Positions 10,184 to 19,969 of a stretch of DNA of 64,000 nucleotides are shown here, one piece after another; position 1 is the stretch's first letter, and each line of letters begins with the position of its first letter. A program made the translations under genes and the position numbers. The DNA lies in assembly GCA_965203275.1 (NCBI GenBank), contig OZ241865.1:1664001-1728000 (forward strand), in the 5' to 3' direction. This DNA is from Bdellovibrionales bacterium (lineage in GTDB: Bacteria > Bdellovibrionota > Bdellovibrionia > Bdellovibrionales > JAUICD01). The notes under the pieces are model-generated. The model had not been told where the DNA came from. It saw nothing but the letters and a program-made list of their open reading frames with translations, and did not search any database.

Positions 10184-11210
10184 CTCACTAAAAGTAAACT
10201 GACCTCTGGTCACTTTTGGGTTGCCAGCCGAAGGCTATTCGCCTTCTTAAATGCTGGCAACCTCAAAAGTCCGTTTACTTTTAGTAGAAAGGATCCTCTT
10301 GCTTTTTGACACCATGTTAAGGAAAAAGAGTTCTTTCTGATCCCGGATCCCAGGCCCCGGATCCCGGATCCCAGATCCCGGATCCCAGATAAATACGATG
10401 TTAAGGAAACAAGATATTTATATTTATTTCACTCCCGGGATCCGGGATCCGGTAATCTGGCATCCCGGGATCCGGGATCCGGTAATCTGGCATCCCGGGA
10501 TCCGGGAACTGATGGCGGGTTGCCGGTTTGTTTCACTCAAAATAAATCATGCCTCTGTTTCCCTAAAATTGAACTAGCCTCTGGCTACTTTTGGGCAGTT
10601 AGCCCGACGACTGTCGTCGTCGATCAAAGGCTAACTCCCTCAAAAGCTTGTTCAATTTTAGGAAGAAGGATCTCCTCGTCTCTTGACCACATGTTAAGGA
10701 AAATATCCTTTTAATACCAGTTAGCCCGACGGCTACCGCCGTCGATCAAAGGCTGAGCTGTTTCCCTAAAAGCGGTCTAGCCTCTGGCTACTTTCTGGCG
10801 ATGACCGCAAAGGCTTACGCCTTTGACAAAATAGTCATCGCCTAGAAAGCCTGACCACTTTTAGTAGGAGGATCTCTTCGTTTTTTAACACGATGTTAAG
10901 GAAACAGAGTTTTATTCGCAAACTGTTTGCTCCTGAGATAATAAAAGAAATTTTCCTTAACATGGTGTAAAGGAATAAAAAGATCCTCCCTACTCAAAAT
11001 GCATAGATTTTTGAGGCAATCAGCCTTTGATCGACGGCGGTCGCCGTCGGGCTGATTGCCCAAAAACATGCCAGAGGCATGATGCATTTTGAGTGAAATG
11101 TTAAGGAAACAAGCTATTTATTCCCGGGATCCGGCAAGCAGGCATCCCGGGATCTGATGCCGGGCTACCGGATGCCAGATGCCAGATCCCGGATCCCGGA
11201 TCCCAGATAA
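10184..11210. repeat. Mosaic cluster of element A (10184-10325+, 10558-10702+, 10761-10904+, 10952-11098-) with GATCCC modules
   Basis: Same nested-stem units; begins 2 nt after a stop codon. Confidence 0.9.
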
Positions 11211-11330
11211 ACTCTATGTTTTGAGTTTAAGGGTTCTTTAAAAAGAGATAGATAAAAGATGCTACTAGAGTTCAAAAAAACATCTACTTTGTTCTAGTAG
11301 CACCTTACTTACTCTTTAACTTAGTCTATC

Positions 11331-11942
11331 TCATCCTGCTCGATATGGAAATCTTCGTTTTGGTCTTGGTGGTGGTGGGCCTGCGACGCCCCATTTTATC
11401 CTCGGTCTATTACCATGATACATACCATACTTGCACCGCGTATAGACGTTTGGCCTATTATAACCTTCTCTATATATTGGCGGCATAGGCCAACAGAATA
11501 AATCTGAAGCTCTGTATCCATTTTCATCAGTAGCAAATCGATCAGCTCCATCTGCTAAAAAGTCCCAGTAAAGAGATATCTTAGACTCATCACTGATCGA
11601 AGAAGTCATAAGAACATGAAGTAATGTTGAACCCTTAGGAAGACTAGTGTAATAGGGATCAAAACATTCATCTTCTAAATTAGGATTCACATCTGCACCA
11701 TATTGTAGCCAGAAGCTAAGGTCTGCCACTGCTTTAGAACTATGCCAACCTCCTGCTTCTTTAATAATATGGAATAATACAAAAGGACAATCACCTTGTT
11801 CTTCTTGCCACAATGATTCCAGCCAACATTGTAGGTCAAAGAAAGAACAATTAGAATCATCTTCTTGTTCCTGCCCTAAAACAGCTGTGTTTAAAGATAA
11901 AGTACATAAAAATATAGTTAATAATAAAATTAGTGATTTCAT
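11331..11942 (-). CDS. Secreted protein with degenerate ankyrin-like repeats
   Basis: Signal peptide; LQYGADVN, GSTLLH, LADGAD..DENG. Confidence 0.65.
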   Translation of the reverse strand: MKSLILLLTIFLCTLSLNTAVLGQEQEDDSNCSFFDLQCWLESLWQEEQGDCPFVLFHIIKEAGGWHSSKAVADLSFWLQYGADVNPNLEDECFDPYYTSLPKGSTLLHVLMTSSISDESKISLYWDFLADGADRFATDENGYRASDLFCWPMPPIYREGYNRPNVYTRCKYGMYHGNRPRIKWGVAGPPPPRPKRRFPYRAG

Positions 11943-12476
11943 TGTTTGTTCTCCTTATCAAATATTAATATATTAATAAAATGTAAAAACTTTTTGAAAT
12001 GTTCATTCTTTCAACGCAACTCAGGCCAATTTTTCTGGAATAGGTCTATCTTTTTTCTGAAATCTTCTACATTTATTTGATGATATATAGAGATTTTTGT
12101 TTGAGTACTCCAATCATTCCAAACCATTTTATAGATAATAACCATTGCCTTAGCATCAAAAAATAAGGCAAAGGTTGCAAGAATCCACAGACATACCCTT
12201 AGCTTGCTAAGAAAATAAATTAATACGTATTGATAAGAATTTTTAGTGAGAGGTAATATCTCATTGACAAGATAAAGAGCGACGACGAAGTTTCACCAGG
12301 TTCCTCTTTAGTGTAAGATTACTGTTTGCAGAAAAAAGCAGAAAGTGGTTAAGAAATAATTCTTTCATAATTAGCCTCCTAATCCTAAATTTGTAAATAT
12401 TCAAAATGGTGAAACTTCTTAAAAACTTACTCTAACATAAGGAAAATATAAAAGTCAATAGAAAAAATGAGTTTTT

Positions 12477-12550
12477 TCACTAAAAGTGGTTGTTTCACTC
12501 AAAAGTGGCCAGAGGCCAGTTCATTTTGAGTGAAAAGAAAAGGTAGGGAT
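12477..12550. repeat. Minimal element-A derivative (two 5' ends facing each other)
   Basis: TTTCACTCAAAA...TTTTGAGTGAAA enclosing TGGCCAGAGGCCA. Confidence 0.75.
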
Positions 12551-12554
12551 ACCT

Positions 12555-12992
12555 TCACGATAAAAAATCTTCAAAGAAATAAAGTGTTTTATAATTTTCC
12601 ACCACAGCCAATAAAGTATAAACTTTTTCACCATAATGGATTGAAATATACTGATGAGCTTTCCTAAGCCTTTCTAATTGTCCACTTCGGTAAACTCTGT
12701 CTAGCATTTCAAAATGACTTACAGACTTGACTTCCACAATGAAAAATCCCATAGCATGCCTCATAAAAAGATCTATTTCAGCAAATGACGTCTGATAATG
12801 TTTCTCTATAAGCTTAAACCCTTGCTTCTCAAGATATGACTGCACATAATCTTCAACAATTTGCCATTGAGGACGTTTGCCAGTACTGCTTAACTCCTTT
12901 AAAGGTTTTGCGATGTTCAAAACAGGGTCCAAATTGAGCGATGGCTTCTTTATGCCTTTTTGTAGCATAGCCTTTATGAATTTCAAAACCAT
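12555..12992 (-). CDS. YraN (UPF0102) family nuclease-like protein; start uncertain
   Basis: YLEKQGFKLIEKHY..AEIDL..IVEVKS; follows rnhB. Confidence 0.8.
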   Translation of the reverse strand: MVLKFIKAMLQKGIKKPSLNLDPVLNIAKPLKELSSTGKRPQWQIVEDYVQSYLEKQGFKLIEKHYQTSFAEIDLFMRHAMGFFIVEVKSVSHFEMLDRVYRSGQLERLRKAHQYISIHYGEKVYTLLAVVENYKTLYFFEDFLS

Positions 12993-13476
12993 AGTAAGGA
13001 TACTCCTTTGCTAGTTCTCGCATTTTTTGATCTCTTATAACCTTTGCTAGAATGGAAGCTGCTGCAATAGGCTTAGCTCTCATATCTCCTTTAATTAAGG
13101 GGATTTGATCAAAGCCTTGCAGATGAGGAATAGGAAACTTTCCATCTATGAGAGCTGTTCCTGATACAACACCAAGCTTTAAAATAGCTCTTTTCATTGC
13201 TAATAAAGATGCCTGTAAAATATTGAGATTGTCAATCTCTAATTGAGTTGCAAAGGCTACAGCATATTGCTGATAGGTCATAATATTTTTAGCTAAGTGT
13301 TGCCTTTGTTCTGGAGATAATAACTTTGAGTCAATATAATTATTGATTTGAGATAAATCTTTTAAGATCACAGCTGCTGCATAAACAGAGCCAGCAAGGC
13401 AACCTCTGCCTGCTTCATCTACCCCTATCACAGGGGAAGGCAAGTCTTCCCAAGCAAATTTTTGATACTTTTCCAT
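12853..13476 (-). CDS. rnhB: Ribonuclease HII
   Basis: IGVDEAGRGCLAG, DSKLL, IAAASILAKV, HKGYAT. Confidence 0.96.
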   Translation of the reverse strand: MEKYQKFAWEDLPSPVIGVDEAGRGCLAGSVYAAAVILKDLSQINNYIDSKLLSPEQRQHLAKNIMTYQQYAVAFATQLEIDNLNILQASLLAMKRAILKLGVVSGTALIDGKFPIPHLQGFDQIPLIKGDMRAKPIAAASILAKVIRDQKMRELAKEYPYYGFEIHKGYATKRHKEAIAQFGPCFEHRKTFKGVKQYWQTSSMANC

Positions 13477-13922
13477 TGAGTTTGAACAGGTTAAGATTGA
13501 TTTGTTTTATTTTAAGTGCTTTCTATAAAGCTTCCACAAAGTGTGGCATGATAATAAAAACCTCTTGTTTATACTTGTATATAAACAACTATATAAGCAA
13601 CAGAATTTATCAAGTCAAATAAAAGTCATGTCATAGCAAAATATAAACATAAAAAATTAATGCCCATTAAAAACATAACATTTCCACAGAGTTCAAAATA
13701 CCATTTCACTATAAGCCCTCAAGCCTTTACTTGACTATTTTAATAAATTAATCTTTAAATATAAAAAAGATTGTTATTATATACTCAAGAGATTCAAAAG
13801 ACTCAAAAGACTCAAGAGACGTTTTTTGACCTCAAGTAAACAAAAATGACAAATTTTGTCTTAGCTTTTGCTTTTTAAAACACAAAATAAGCTATTTTTT
13901 AAGATAGTTTGAATTTTACTTT

Positions 13923-13938
13923 TGGAACTCTATTTGCA
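13923..13938 (+). promoter_or_regulatory. Sigma54-type promoter
   Basis: TGGAACTCTATTTGCA, GG-N10-GC, upstream of the 14003 ORF. Confidence 0.5.
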
Positions 13939-14002
13939 TACATATAATTAAGGATTAAATCAATTGATGTAATGAAAACAAATACCAAATAAGGAATAAA
14001 AA

Positions 14003-14866
14003 ATGATTTTTAAAAAATATTATACATTTATTATGAGTGGAATACTTTTGAGTCTACATCTTAGCTTTGTAGCTTGTAATTTTGAAAATGGAAAGCAGTT
14101 TATTGATGGTCCTACATTAAGAGGTATGACAAATACAAATAATGATTTAGGAGGAACAATCAATATAGTCAACAAAATAGGTCAATATTCAGCCGGTCAA
14201 GAAATTAGAAATTTTTACAATGAGCATAGAAACAAAATAGAAATAACTCATAATGGCTCCATACAAAATGTTGATTTTATAAATAGCTCAAAAATTACTA
14301 TCGAAGCAGATAATAGCTATAAAGTGACTATCACTCTTAACCCTCAAGCAAATGAAGCAGATCAATTACATCTTGTTGCTCATGGCATTGAAAGACTCAG
14401 ACGAGCCATAGCTATAAAAGAATATATAGAAAGTTATCCACAGGCATCTCCTATTTCATTGTCTTTCATTCAAGAAATCCTTTACAATGAAGAAAGAGAA
14501 AACACTCACCACAACCAGATGAGCATGACAGAACAATACTTTGTGACAGCCTTGTATTTTCACTCTCGATATTATGCTTATGCTCTTAATCAAAAGCTTC
14601 AAGAAGAAATTGATGCTTTAGATCAAGACGAAACAACAAATTTAGCTCTTTCTGATGATTTAGCAAATAACTTAGAAAATATGTTAGAACATGTTTTATT
14701 AGAGGCAAACAACAAAAGTTTATTTACAAGTCCAAGAGATATCTCACGATATCAAGATGAAATAAAAACAACAGTGGATCAGAATGAAGATATTCAAACA
14801 TTTATATATGAAACGCTAAGAAATGCTAATGAAGGCAGACTAGCAACAGGAGATATACATATTTAA
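14003..14866 (+). CDS. Hypothetical lipoprotein
   Basis: Hydrophobic N-terminus ending LSFVAC; RBS AAGGA. Confidence 0.65.
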   Translation: MIFKKYYTFIMSGILLSLHLSFVACNFENGKQFIDGPTLRGMTNTNNDLGGTINIVNKIGQYSAGQEIRNFYNEHRNKIEITHNGSIQNVDFINSSKITIEADNSYKVTITLNPQANEADQLHLVAHGIERLRRAIAIKEYIESYPQASPISLSFIQEILYNEERENTHHNQMSMTEQYFVTALYFHSRYYAYALNQKLQEEIDALDQDETTNLALSDDLANNLENMLEHVLLEANNKSLFTSPRDISRYQDEIKTTVDQNEDIQTFIYETLRNANEGRLATGDIHI

Positions 14867-15099
14867 GAGCATCAAGATCAATAACCAAGTAGCTGTTGGT
14901 GTAAAAATTTGCAGATTGTCAATATGTCTTACATCCCTAACCCCCACCACCCTTCGATTGTTTCATTGTCTAACTCTTAGACATCCCACTAAAGTTCAAA
15001 CACTTATCCTCTCAAAATATTTTATATCTTTGACAAGCCCTAATATCTAAGTGCTTGATATTAAAGAGGAATTAATTTTATCCCACACTTTGATACTTT

Positions 15100-15115
15100 T
15101 GGCATATTTTTAGCT
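15100..15115 (+). promoter_or_regulatory. Sigma54-type promoter
   Basis: TGGCATATTTTTAGCT, GG-N10-GC. Confidence 0.5.
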
Positions 15116-15156
15116 TATATAAATTATAGATAAGTAAAATAAGGAGGGATTACAAA

Positions 15157-15372
15157 ATGAGAAAACTTTTTTTAGCTTTGAATATTTGTGTTTTTGGCTT
15201 TGCATCTTCTGCTTTTGCAGGTCCTACATGTTCCGACAGACTTGGAGCAAATAGTGATGTTGCTATCAATGATTTACCAGTTCCAAAATCTTATAGCCGC
15301 AATAATAAGAGAAAGTCTCGTAAAGCAGGTACAGGTGTCAGAGAAGCAAATACAAACAATAATCGTAGATAA
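15157..15372 (+). CDS. Small secreted protein with basic tail
   Basis: Strong RBS AAGGAGG; signal peptide ending AFA. Confidence 0.75.
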   Translation: MRKLFLALNICVFGFASSAFAGPTCSDRLGANSDVAINDLPVPKSYSRNNKRKSRKAGTGVREANTNNNRR

Positions 15373-15426
15373 GTAGGTCAAATATAATTTAGGGGTGGCC
15401 AAAGATTTCAAAGTGTATTGTTTTGG

Positions 15427-16167
15427 TTATTCTCCTGAATTTGTTTTGAGATTAGAGTAGACCTTTTGAACATCTTCTAAATTCTCTAAGTTTTTCATAA
15501 GCTGTAAAACCTTTTGAGCTTTGTGAAAGTCTAGGGTCACTTTGTTATTGGCTTTTTTTATCAGTAACTGATCTGTAGGTGTATAGCCAGCTTTTTGCAA
15601 ATGCTCTAATAAAGGATTTTTAGATGGTGCTAAGATAGAAATATACTCATCTGTCTCTTGAATATCTTCTGCTCCTGCTTCAATAGCCATCTCTTCAAGC
15701 TGTGTTGCATCTATATTTTTTTGTTTGAGTTCTGTTTTATTAAAGATCAACTGATATTGATTAGAGAAAATCCATATCACAGATCCTTTCTCTCCTAAAC
15801 TTCCGCCAGCTTTTTGAAACATTAATCGCACCTTTGCTACAGTACGTATTTTATTATCTGTTAGAGATTCCACTAAAATAGCTACTCCTCCTGGCCCGTA
15901 ACCTTCATACACTATATCTTCATAAGATTGACCTGATATCTCACCTGTCCCCCTTTTAATAGCACTGTTGATTTTATCTTTAGGCATAGAAATATCTTTA
16001 GCTGCCTTAATAGCTCTACGTAACCTGACATTGTTATTTGGATCGCCTCCTCCTATCTTTGCTGCTACAATGATCTCCTTTGTATGTTTAGAAAAAAGCA
16101 CCCCTCTCTTAGCATCTTCTTTCTCTTTATCACGTTTAATTGTTGACCATTTACTGTGTCCTGACAC
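15427..16167 (-). CDS. yebC: YebC/PmpR family protein
   Basis: MSGHSKWSTIK, YEGYGPGGVAILVESLTDN. Confidence 0.95.
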   Translation of the reverse strand: MSGHSKWSTIKRDKEKEDAKRGVLFSKHTKEIIVAAKIGGGDPNNNVRLRRAIKAAKDISMPKDKINSAIKRGTGEISGQSYEDIVYEGYGPGGVAILVESLTDNKIRTVAKVRLMFQKAGGSLGEKGSVIWIFSNQYQLIFNKTELKQKNIDATQLEEMAIEAGAEDIQETDEYISILAPSKNPLLEHLQKAGYTPTDQLLIKKANNKVTLDFHKAQKVLQLMKNLENLEDVQKVYSNLKTNSGE

Positions 16168-16275
16168 TTTTCACCTCCTATATATTTTCTTTACAAAAAA
16201 CTTGCTAAAATAAACAAGACTTTTTAAAATCATTTTAACATAATAAATTTAAAAGTACATTAAAAGGCATTCTGT

Positions 16276-17061
16276 ATGGAAAACCAAAAACATTATGAAA
16301 TCATAGAGCATTATCAAGCACTCTATCAAAAAAATAATCGCAGTAAGATTTTTGCACCCTTAGCTGAATCCTACCTTAAAATAGGCTTATTGCAACCTGC
16401 CTTAGAAATATGCCTCAAAGGAGTTAAAATGCACCCTCACTTTCCAAGTGGGCATATTGCATTAGCAAAAGTTTATCTTTTAAATAGCGAAACAGACAAA
16501 GCTATCCCTGAACTTAAAAAAGTTATAGAACTAGCTCCAGAAAACCTCCTAGCTCACAAACTACTTGCCGAAGTTTTTTTAAAACAAAAAAAATACAAAT
16601 CAGCTCTGCGATCATTTAAAATGTTGAGCTTTTTAACCCCTCGCAATAATGAAGTCCTAGAACAAATACAAAAACTAGAGAAGCTTATCTTTCAAGCTAA
16701 CACTGACACATTTGAAATGAAATCTCTCCAAGAAATCAAACCTTCACCTCCTCTTTCAGTTCAATCAGAAGAAATACCTGATTTTTTAGAAAGGACACTT
16801 TCTTTAGTAGACGCTTATATACAAAGAAATGAAACACAAACCGCACTTAAAACCTTGAAAGAAGCAGAAAATAACTTAGGACGACATCCACAAATCACAA
16901 AACGTATACGTTTTTTATCAGCAAGAGCGACTTCTCGTCCTTTAGATATGGATATTATAGAAGAACAGCCAGTACCAGCCACACTAGATGTCTTAAAAAA
17001 AGTAAAATTTTTGAAAAATCTCTTAGTCTGTATTGAAAAAAATGCTAAAGTCATTTTATGA
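16276..17061 (+). CDS. Tetratricopeptide repeat protein
   Basis: FAPLAESY..., GHIALAKVY, PENLLAHKLLAEVF. Confidence 0.85.
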   Translation: MENQKHYEIIEHYQALYQKNNRSKIFAPLAESYLKIGLLQPALEICLKGVKMHPHFPSGHIALAKVYLLNSETDKAIPELKKVIELAPENLLAHKLLAEVFLKQKKYKSALRSFKMLSFLTPRNNEVLEQIQKLEKLIFQANTDTFEMKSLQEIKPSPPLSVQSEEIPDFLERTLSLVDAYIQRNETQTALKTLKEAENNLGRHPQITKRIRFLSARATSRPLDMDIIEEQPVPATLDVLKKVKFLKNLLVCIEKNAKVIL

Positions 17062-17094
17062 CAAAACATTAGAAAAGCAAAAGGAGGAACGCTT

Positions 17095-17841
17095 ATGTTT
17101 CATCGTATATTTTTACTACTTAGTTTAACTTGGGGTTTACTTTTAGGAACTTATATTTTAACACCATCAGCTTATGGTGGCGTAGAAGTTTCAGCCCATT
17201 TCGGACTTAAATTTAGCAGTAACTTGAATTTTCAAAAATTAGCTAACAGCCCAAGCAACAATATATGGCAAGATCAAAAAGGTCGTCCTTGGGTGTTAGG
17301 TGGGGATGCTCTTTTTAAATTACCATTTGGTTTAAGTAATTTAGGAATAGGATTAAGATACCAATACCTTTGGTTGCCAGAACAAGATTATATAAGCAAT
17401 GTATTAAGTAGAGGTGCAGACAGTAGCACTACAACAACTGCGGAAAATAATACGTTTAAACTGAATACACATCGCATAGCTCTTTTAACTAATTATAGAT
17501 TTTTTGACACCAAATTATTTTTTGTAGGAGCTTTATTGGCTATTGACCTGTGGCGGTCCTTAAATATTAAAACGATGCTCAACGAGGAGGGACCCAATGA
17601 AATAGAAATCAAACATAAGCAATGGATTAGAGCAAGCGGTCAAATAGCGGTAGAGGCTGGATTGAAAATGTTTACAGGCTTATTTATTCGAGGGGAAGTA
17701 GGGTATGATATATCTTCCTTTAGTGGAGATTTTGAATGCACTAACAGTGCAAGTTGCGAGAATGCTACCCAAACACAGGATAATAAAATACACCTGAATT
17801 CTTTTTATGCTATAGCGGGAGTGGGTTGGTTCTTTGGCTAA
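17095..17841 (+). CDS. Putative outer-membrane beta-barrel protein
   Basis: Signal peptide, amphipathic strands, aromatic C-terminus GVGWFFG. Confidence 0.7.
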   Translation: MFHRIFLLLSLTWGLLLGTYILTPSAYGGVEVSAHFGLKFSSNLNFQKLANSPSNNIWQDQKGRPWVLGGDALFKLPFGLSNLGIGLRYQYLWLPEQDYISNVLSRGADSSTTTTAENNTFKLNTHRIALLTNYRFFDTKLFFVGALLAIDLWRSLNIKTMLNEEGPNEIEIKHKQWIRASGQIAVEAGLKMFTGLFIRGEVGYDISSFSGDFECTNSASCENATQTQDNKIHLNSFYAIAGVGWFFG

Positions 17842-17896
17842 ATTGCCTATTTCTATCAAGTAAGTTACAAATTAGACAGATTATTCTATGGTATTG

Positions 17897-19303
17897 CTAC
17901 AATACATGGATAGGATGACCTAATGCAGTTGCACAAGATTCCGCTAAGGTCTCACTCAAAGTAGGATGAGGATGAATTGTGTAAGCAATATCTTCAAGAG
18001 TAGCTCCCATTTCTATAGCAAGAGCAGCTTCACTGATCAAATGACTGGCATCAGGACCAACAATATGAACTCCCAACACTAACTGATTGTCTGCATGAAA
18101 GATGACCTTCACAAAACCTTCTGGCTCTTGAAAACAAAAAGCTCTTGCATTAGCAGTAAAAGGAAACCGACTTACTTTAAAAGGCAATCCTTGTGCTTTA
18201 CATTCTGCTTCATTGAGTCCCACAGAGGAAAACTCAGGATGAGTAAAGACCACAGATGGAATAACCTTAACATCAAAGGTGCGATTTTGACCTGCCAGAA
18301 CCTCTGCCACAAGTATACCCTCATAACTTGCCTTATGTGCCAGCATAGGTTGACCTGCTATATCACCAATAGCAAAAATATGAGGTATATTTGTGCGTCT
18401 TTGTGCATTGACTTGAATAAAACCATTTTGATCTAATAACAAACCAATATCCTTTAAGTTCATTTGATCAGAATTAGGCTTTCTGCCAATAGCTACCATG
18501 ACTTTATCTGCTAGCAAATTTTGTTTTTTTTCTGTACTCTCAATAGTGACACTTAATGTCTTCCCTTGATCATCCCATGAGTGAGCTTTTGTATTTTTTA
18601 GGATAGTAATGCCTATTTTCTTTAAATGCTTTTCTATCACTTGCAAAATATCGTCGTCTGCCATTCCACTTAAAATTTGTGAGCTGGCCTCTAACACAGT
18701 AACTTGACTGCCTAAGTGGCAGAAATAACCAGCAATCTCTAAACCAATATACCCACCTCCAACGACAATCACTTTTTTAGGAATTTCTTGTAATGCCAAT
18801 GCTCCTGTAGAAGATAAAATGTTTTTTTCATCAAAAGCAAAACCTGAAAGTGGGGTAGAACGAGAGCCAGTAGCTACAATAAAATATTTTGCTTCTATTT
18901 GTTTGGTGCTATCGGTGGAGAGGGTTACTTGTATTTGTTGAGGTGAAGTAAAAGAAGCTTCACCATGAATGACTTCTACGCCGTTGCCTTTTAATAAAGA
19001 TAAAACACCTTTAGACATTCTTTGACAAATAGATGTCTTCCATAATTGTAGCTTTTTCATATCAATAGAAGTTGTTCCTTTAACTTGGATACCCATAGCT
19101 TGAGCATCAGAACCCGTCAATTTATGAAAAAAATGAGCAGCAGAAATCAAAGCTTTAGAAGGAACACATCCTATATTGAGACAAACTCCACCCATATATT
19201 CTTTTTCAATAATCGCTGTTTTAAATCCTAACTGTGCTGATCGAATGGCAGCTACATAGCCACCAGGTCCTGCACCTATGATCACAACGTCGTATTTTCT
19301 CAT
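17897..19303 (-). CDS. lpdA: Dihydrolipoyl dehydrogenase
   Basis: GAGPGGY, GGVCLNIGCVPSK, HPHPTLSE. Confidence 0.97.
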   Translation of the reverse strand: MRKYDVVIIGAGPGGYVAAIRSAQLGFKTAIIEKEYMGGVCLNIGCVPSKALISAAHFFHKLTGSDAQAMGIQVKGTTSIDMKKLQLWKTSICQRMSKGVLSLLKGNGVEVIHGEASFTSPQQIQVTLSTDSTKQIEAKYFIVATGSRSTPLSGFAFDEKNILSSTGALALQEIPKKVIVVGGGYIGLEIAGYFCHLGSQVTVLEASSQILSGMADDDILQVIEKHLKKIGITILKNTKAHSWDDQGKTLSVTIESTEKKQNLLADKVMVAIGRKPNSDQMNLKDIGLLLDQNGFIQVNAQRRTNIPHIFAIGDIAGQPMLAHKASYEGILVAEVLAGQNRTFDVKVIPSVVFTHPEFSSVGLNEAECKAQGLPFKVSRFPFTANARAFCFQEPEGFVKVIFHADNQLVLGVHIVGPDASHLISEAALAIEMGATLEDIAYTIHPHPTLSETLAESCATALGHPIHVL

Positions 19304-19322
19304 AGCACTCCTTATTAATACA

Positions 19323-19826
19323 TTATTGAATAAAATGATCTTCTGTAAGCCATATAAAACCCTCTTTATCTTCTATAAATTCATGTCCACAAGTTATATC
19401 ATATATAAGAAGTGATTTAGCAATACCTCTTTCTGAATCGTACAGAACAAAAAAAGATAAAGAACAAGTTTCAGGTGTACTACCTACAAAGTTAGCAATG
19501 GTATAATGCACTCGAGCTATCCATTCAGAACCAATAGAAGTGATACATTCAAAACCTTGATGACCTCTTGGACAATTGACAGGGCGAGGTAATGCATTTT
19601 CATCATAAAAACTTAAGTGAGAAAAGCTTGTTGGCCAGCCAAAATCGTTGGTAATGGCATCCAATAAAGGAGCTTCTATAGCCTTCAAATTGAGTCCTGG
19701 TCTTTCTTGCAAGGTATCCTTTTGGAACTCAAATCCAAATCCTTGTGGTTGTGGCTGTGAATAAATATTAGTCAAACCTATTAAGTATATGCTAATCATT
19801 AAAAATACATTTTTAAATAAATTCAT
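19323..19826 (-). CDS. Hypothetical secreted protein
   Basis: RBS AGGAGG; signal peptide. Confidence 0.65.
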   Translation of the reverse strand: MNLFKNVFLMISIYLIGLTNIYSQPQPQGFGFEFQKDTLQERPGLNLKAIEAPLLDAITNDFGWPTSFSHLSFYDENALPRPVNCPRGHQGFECITSIGSEWIARVHYTIANFVGSTPETCSLSFFVLYDSERGIAKSLLIYDITCGHEFIEDKEGFIWLTEDHFIQ

Positions 19827-19969
19827 TTTAAAATCCTCCTTGAGCTTGTTAAAATTGATTTTTTACTATACAATAAACTTTGAGGACTGTCAAGAAATAA
19901 AAATTTATAAACTTATTTTTGTATAAATACAAGCCATGGTTAGATTTTAACAAATTACAGAGGTCAAAA

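Noticed and set aside
10184..11098. Integron attC sites or known small ribozymes
   Set aside because: No RYYYAAC...GTTRRRY simple hairpin flanking gene cassettes, no integrase, and no hammerhead CUGANGA/GAAA core seen by eye. A CM search is still needed.
12020..12380. ORF after a strong AGGAGG RBS on the minus strand
   Set aside because: Stops after ~35 codons. Possibly a decayed gene, but no product can be supported.
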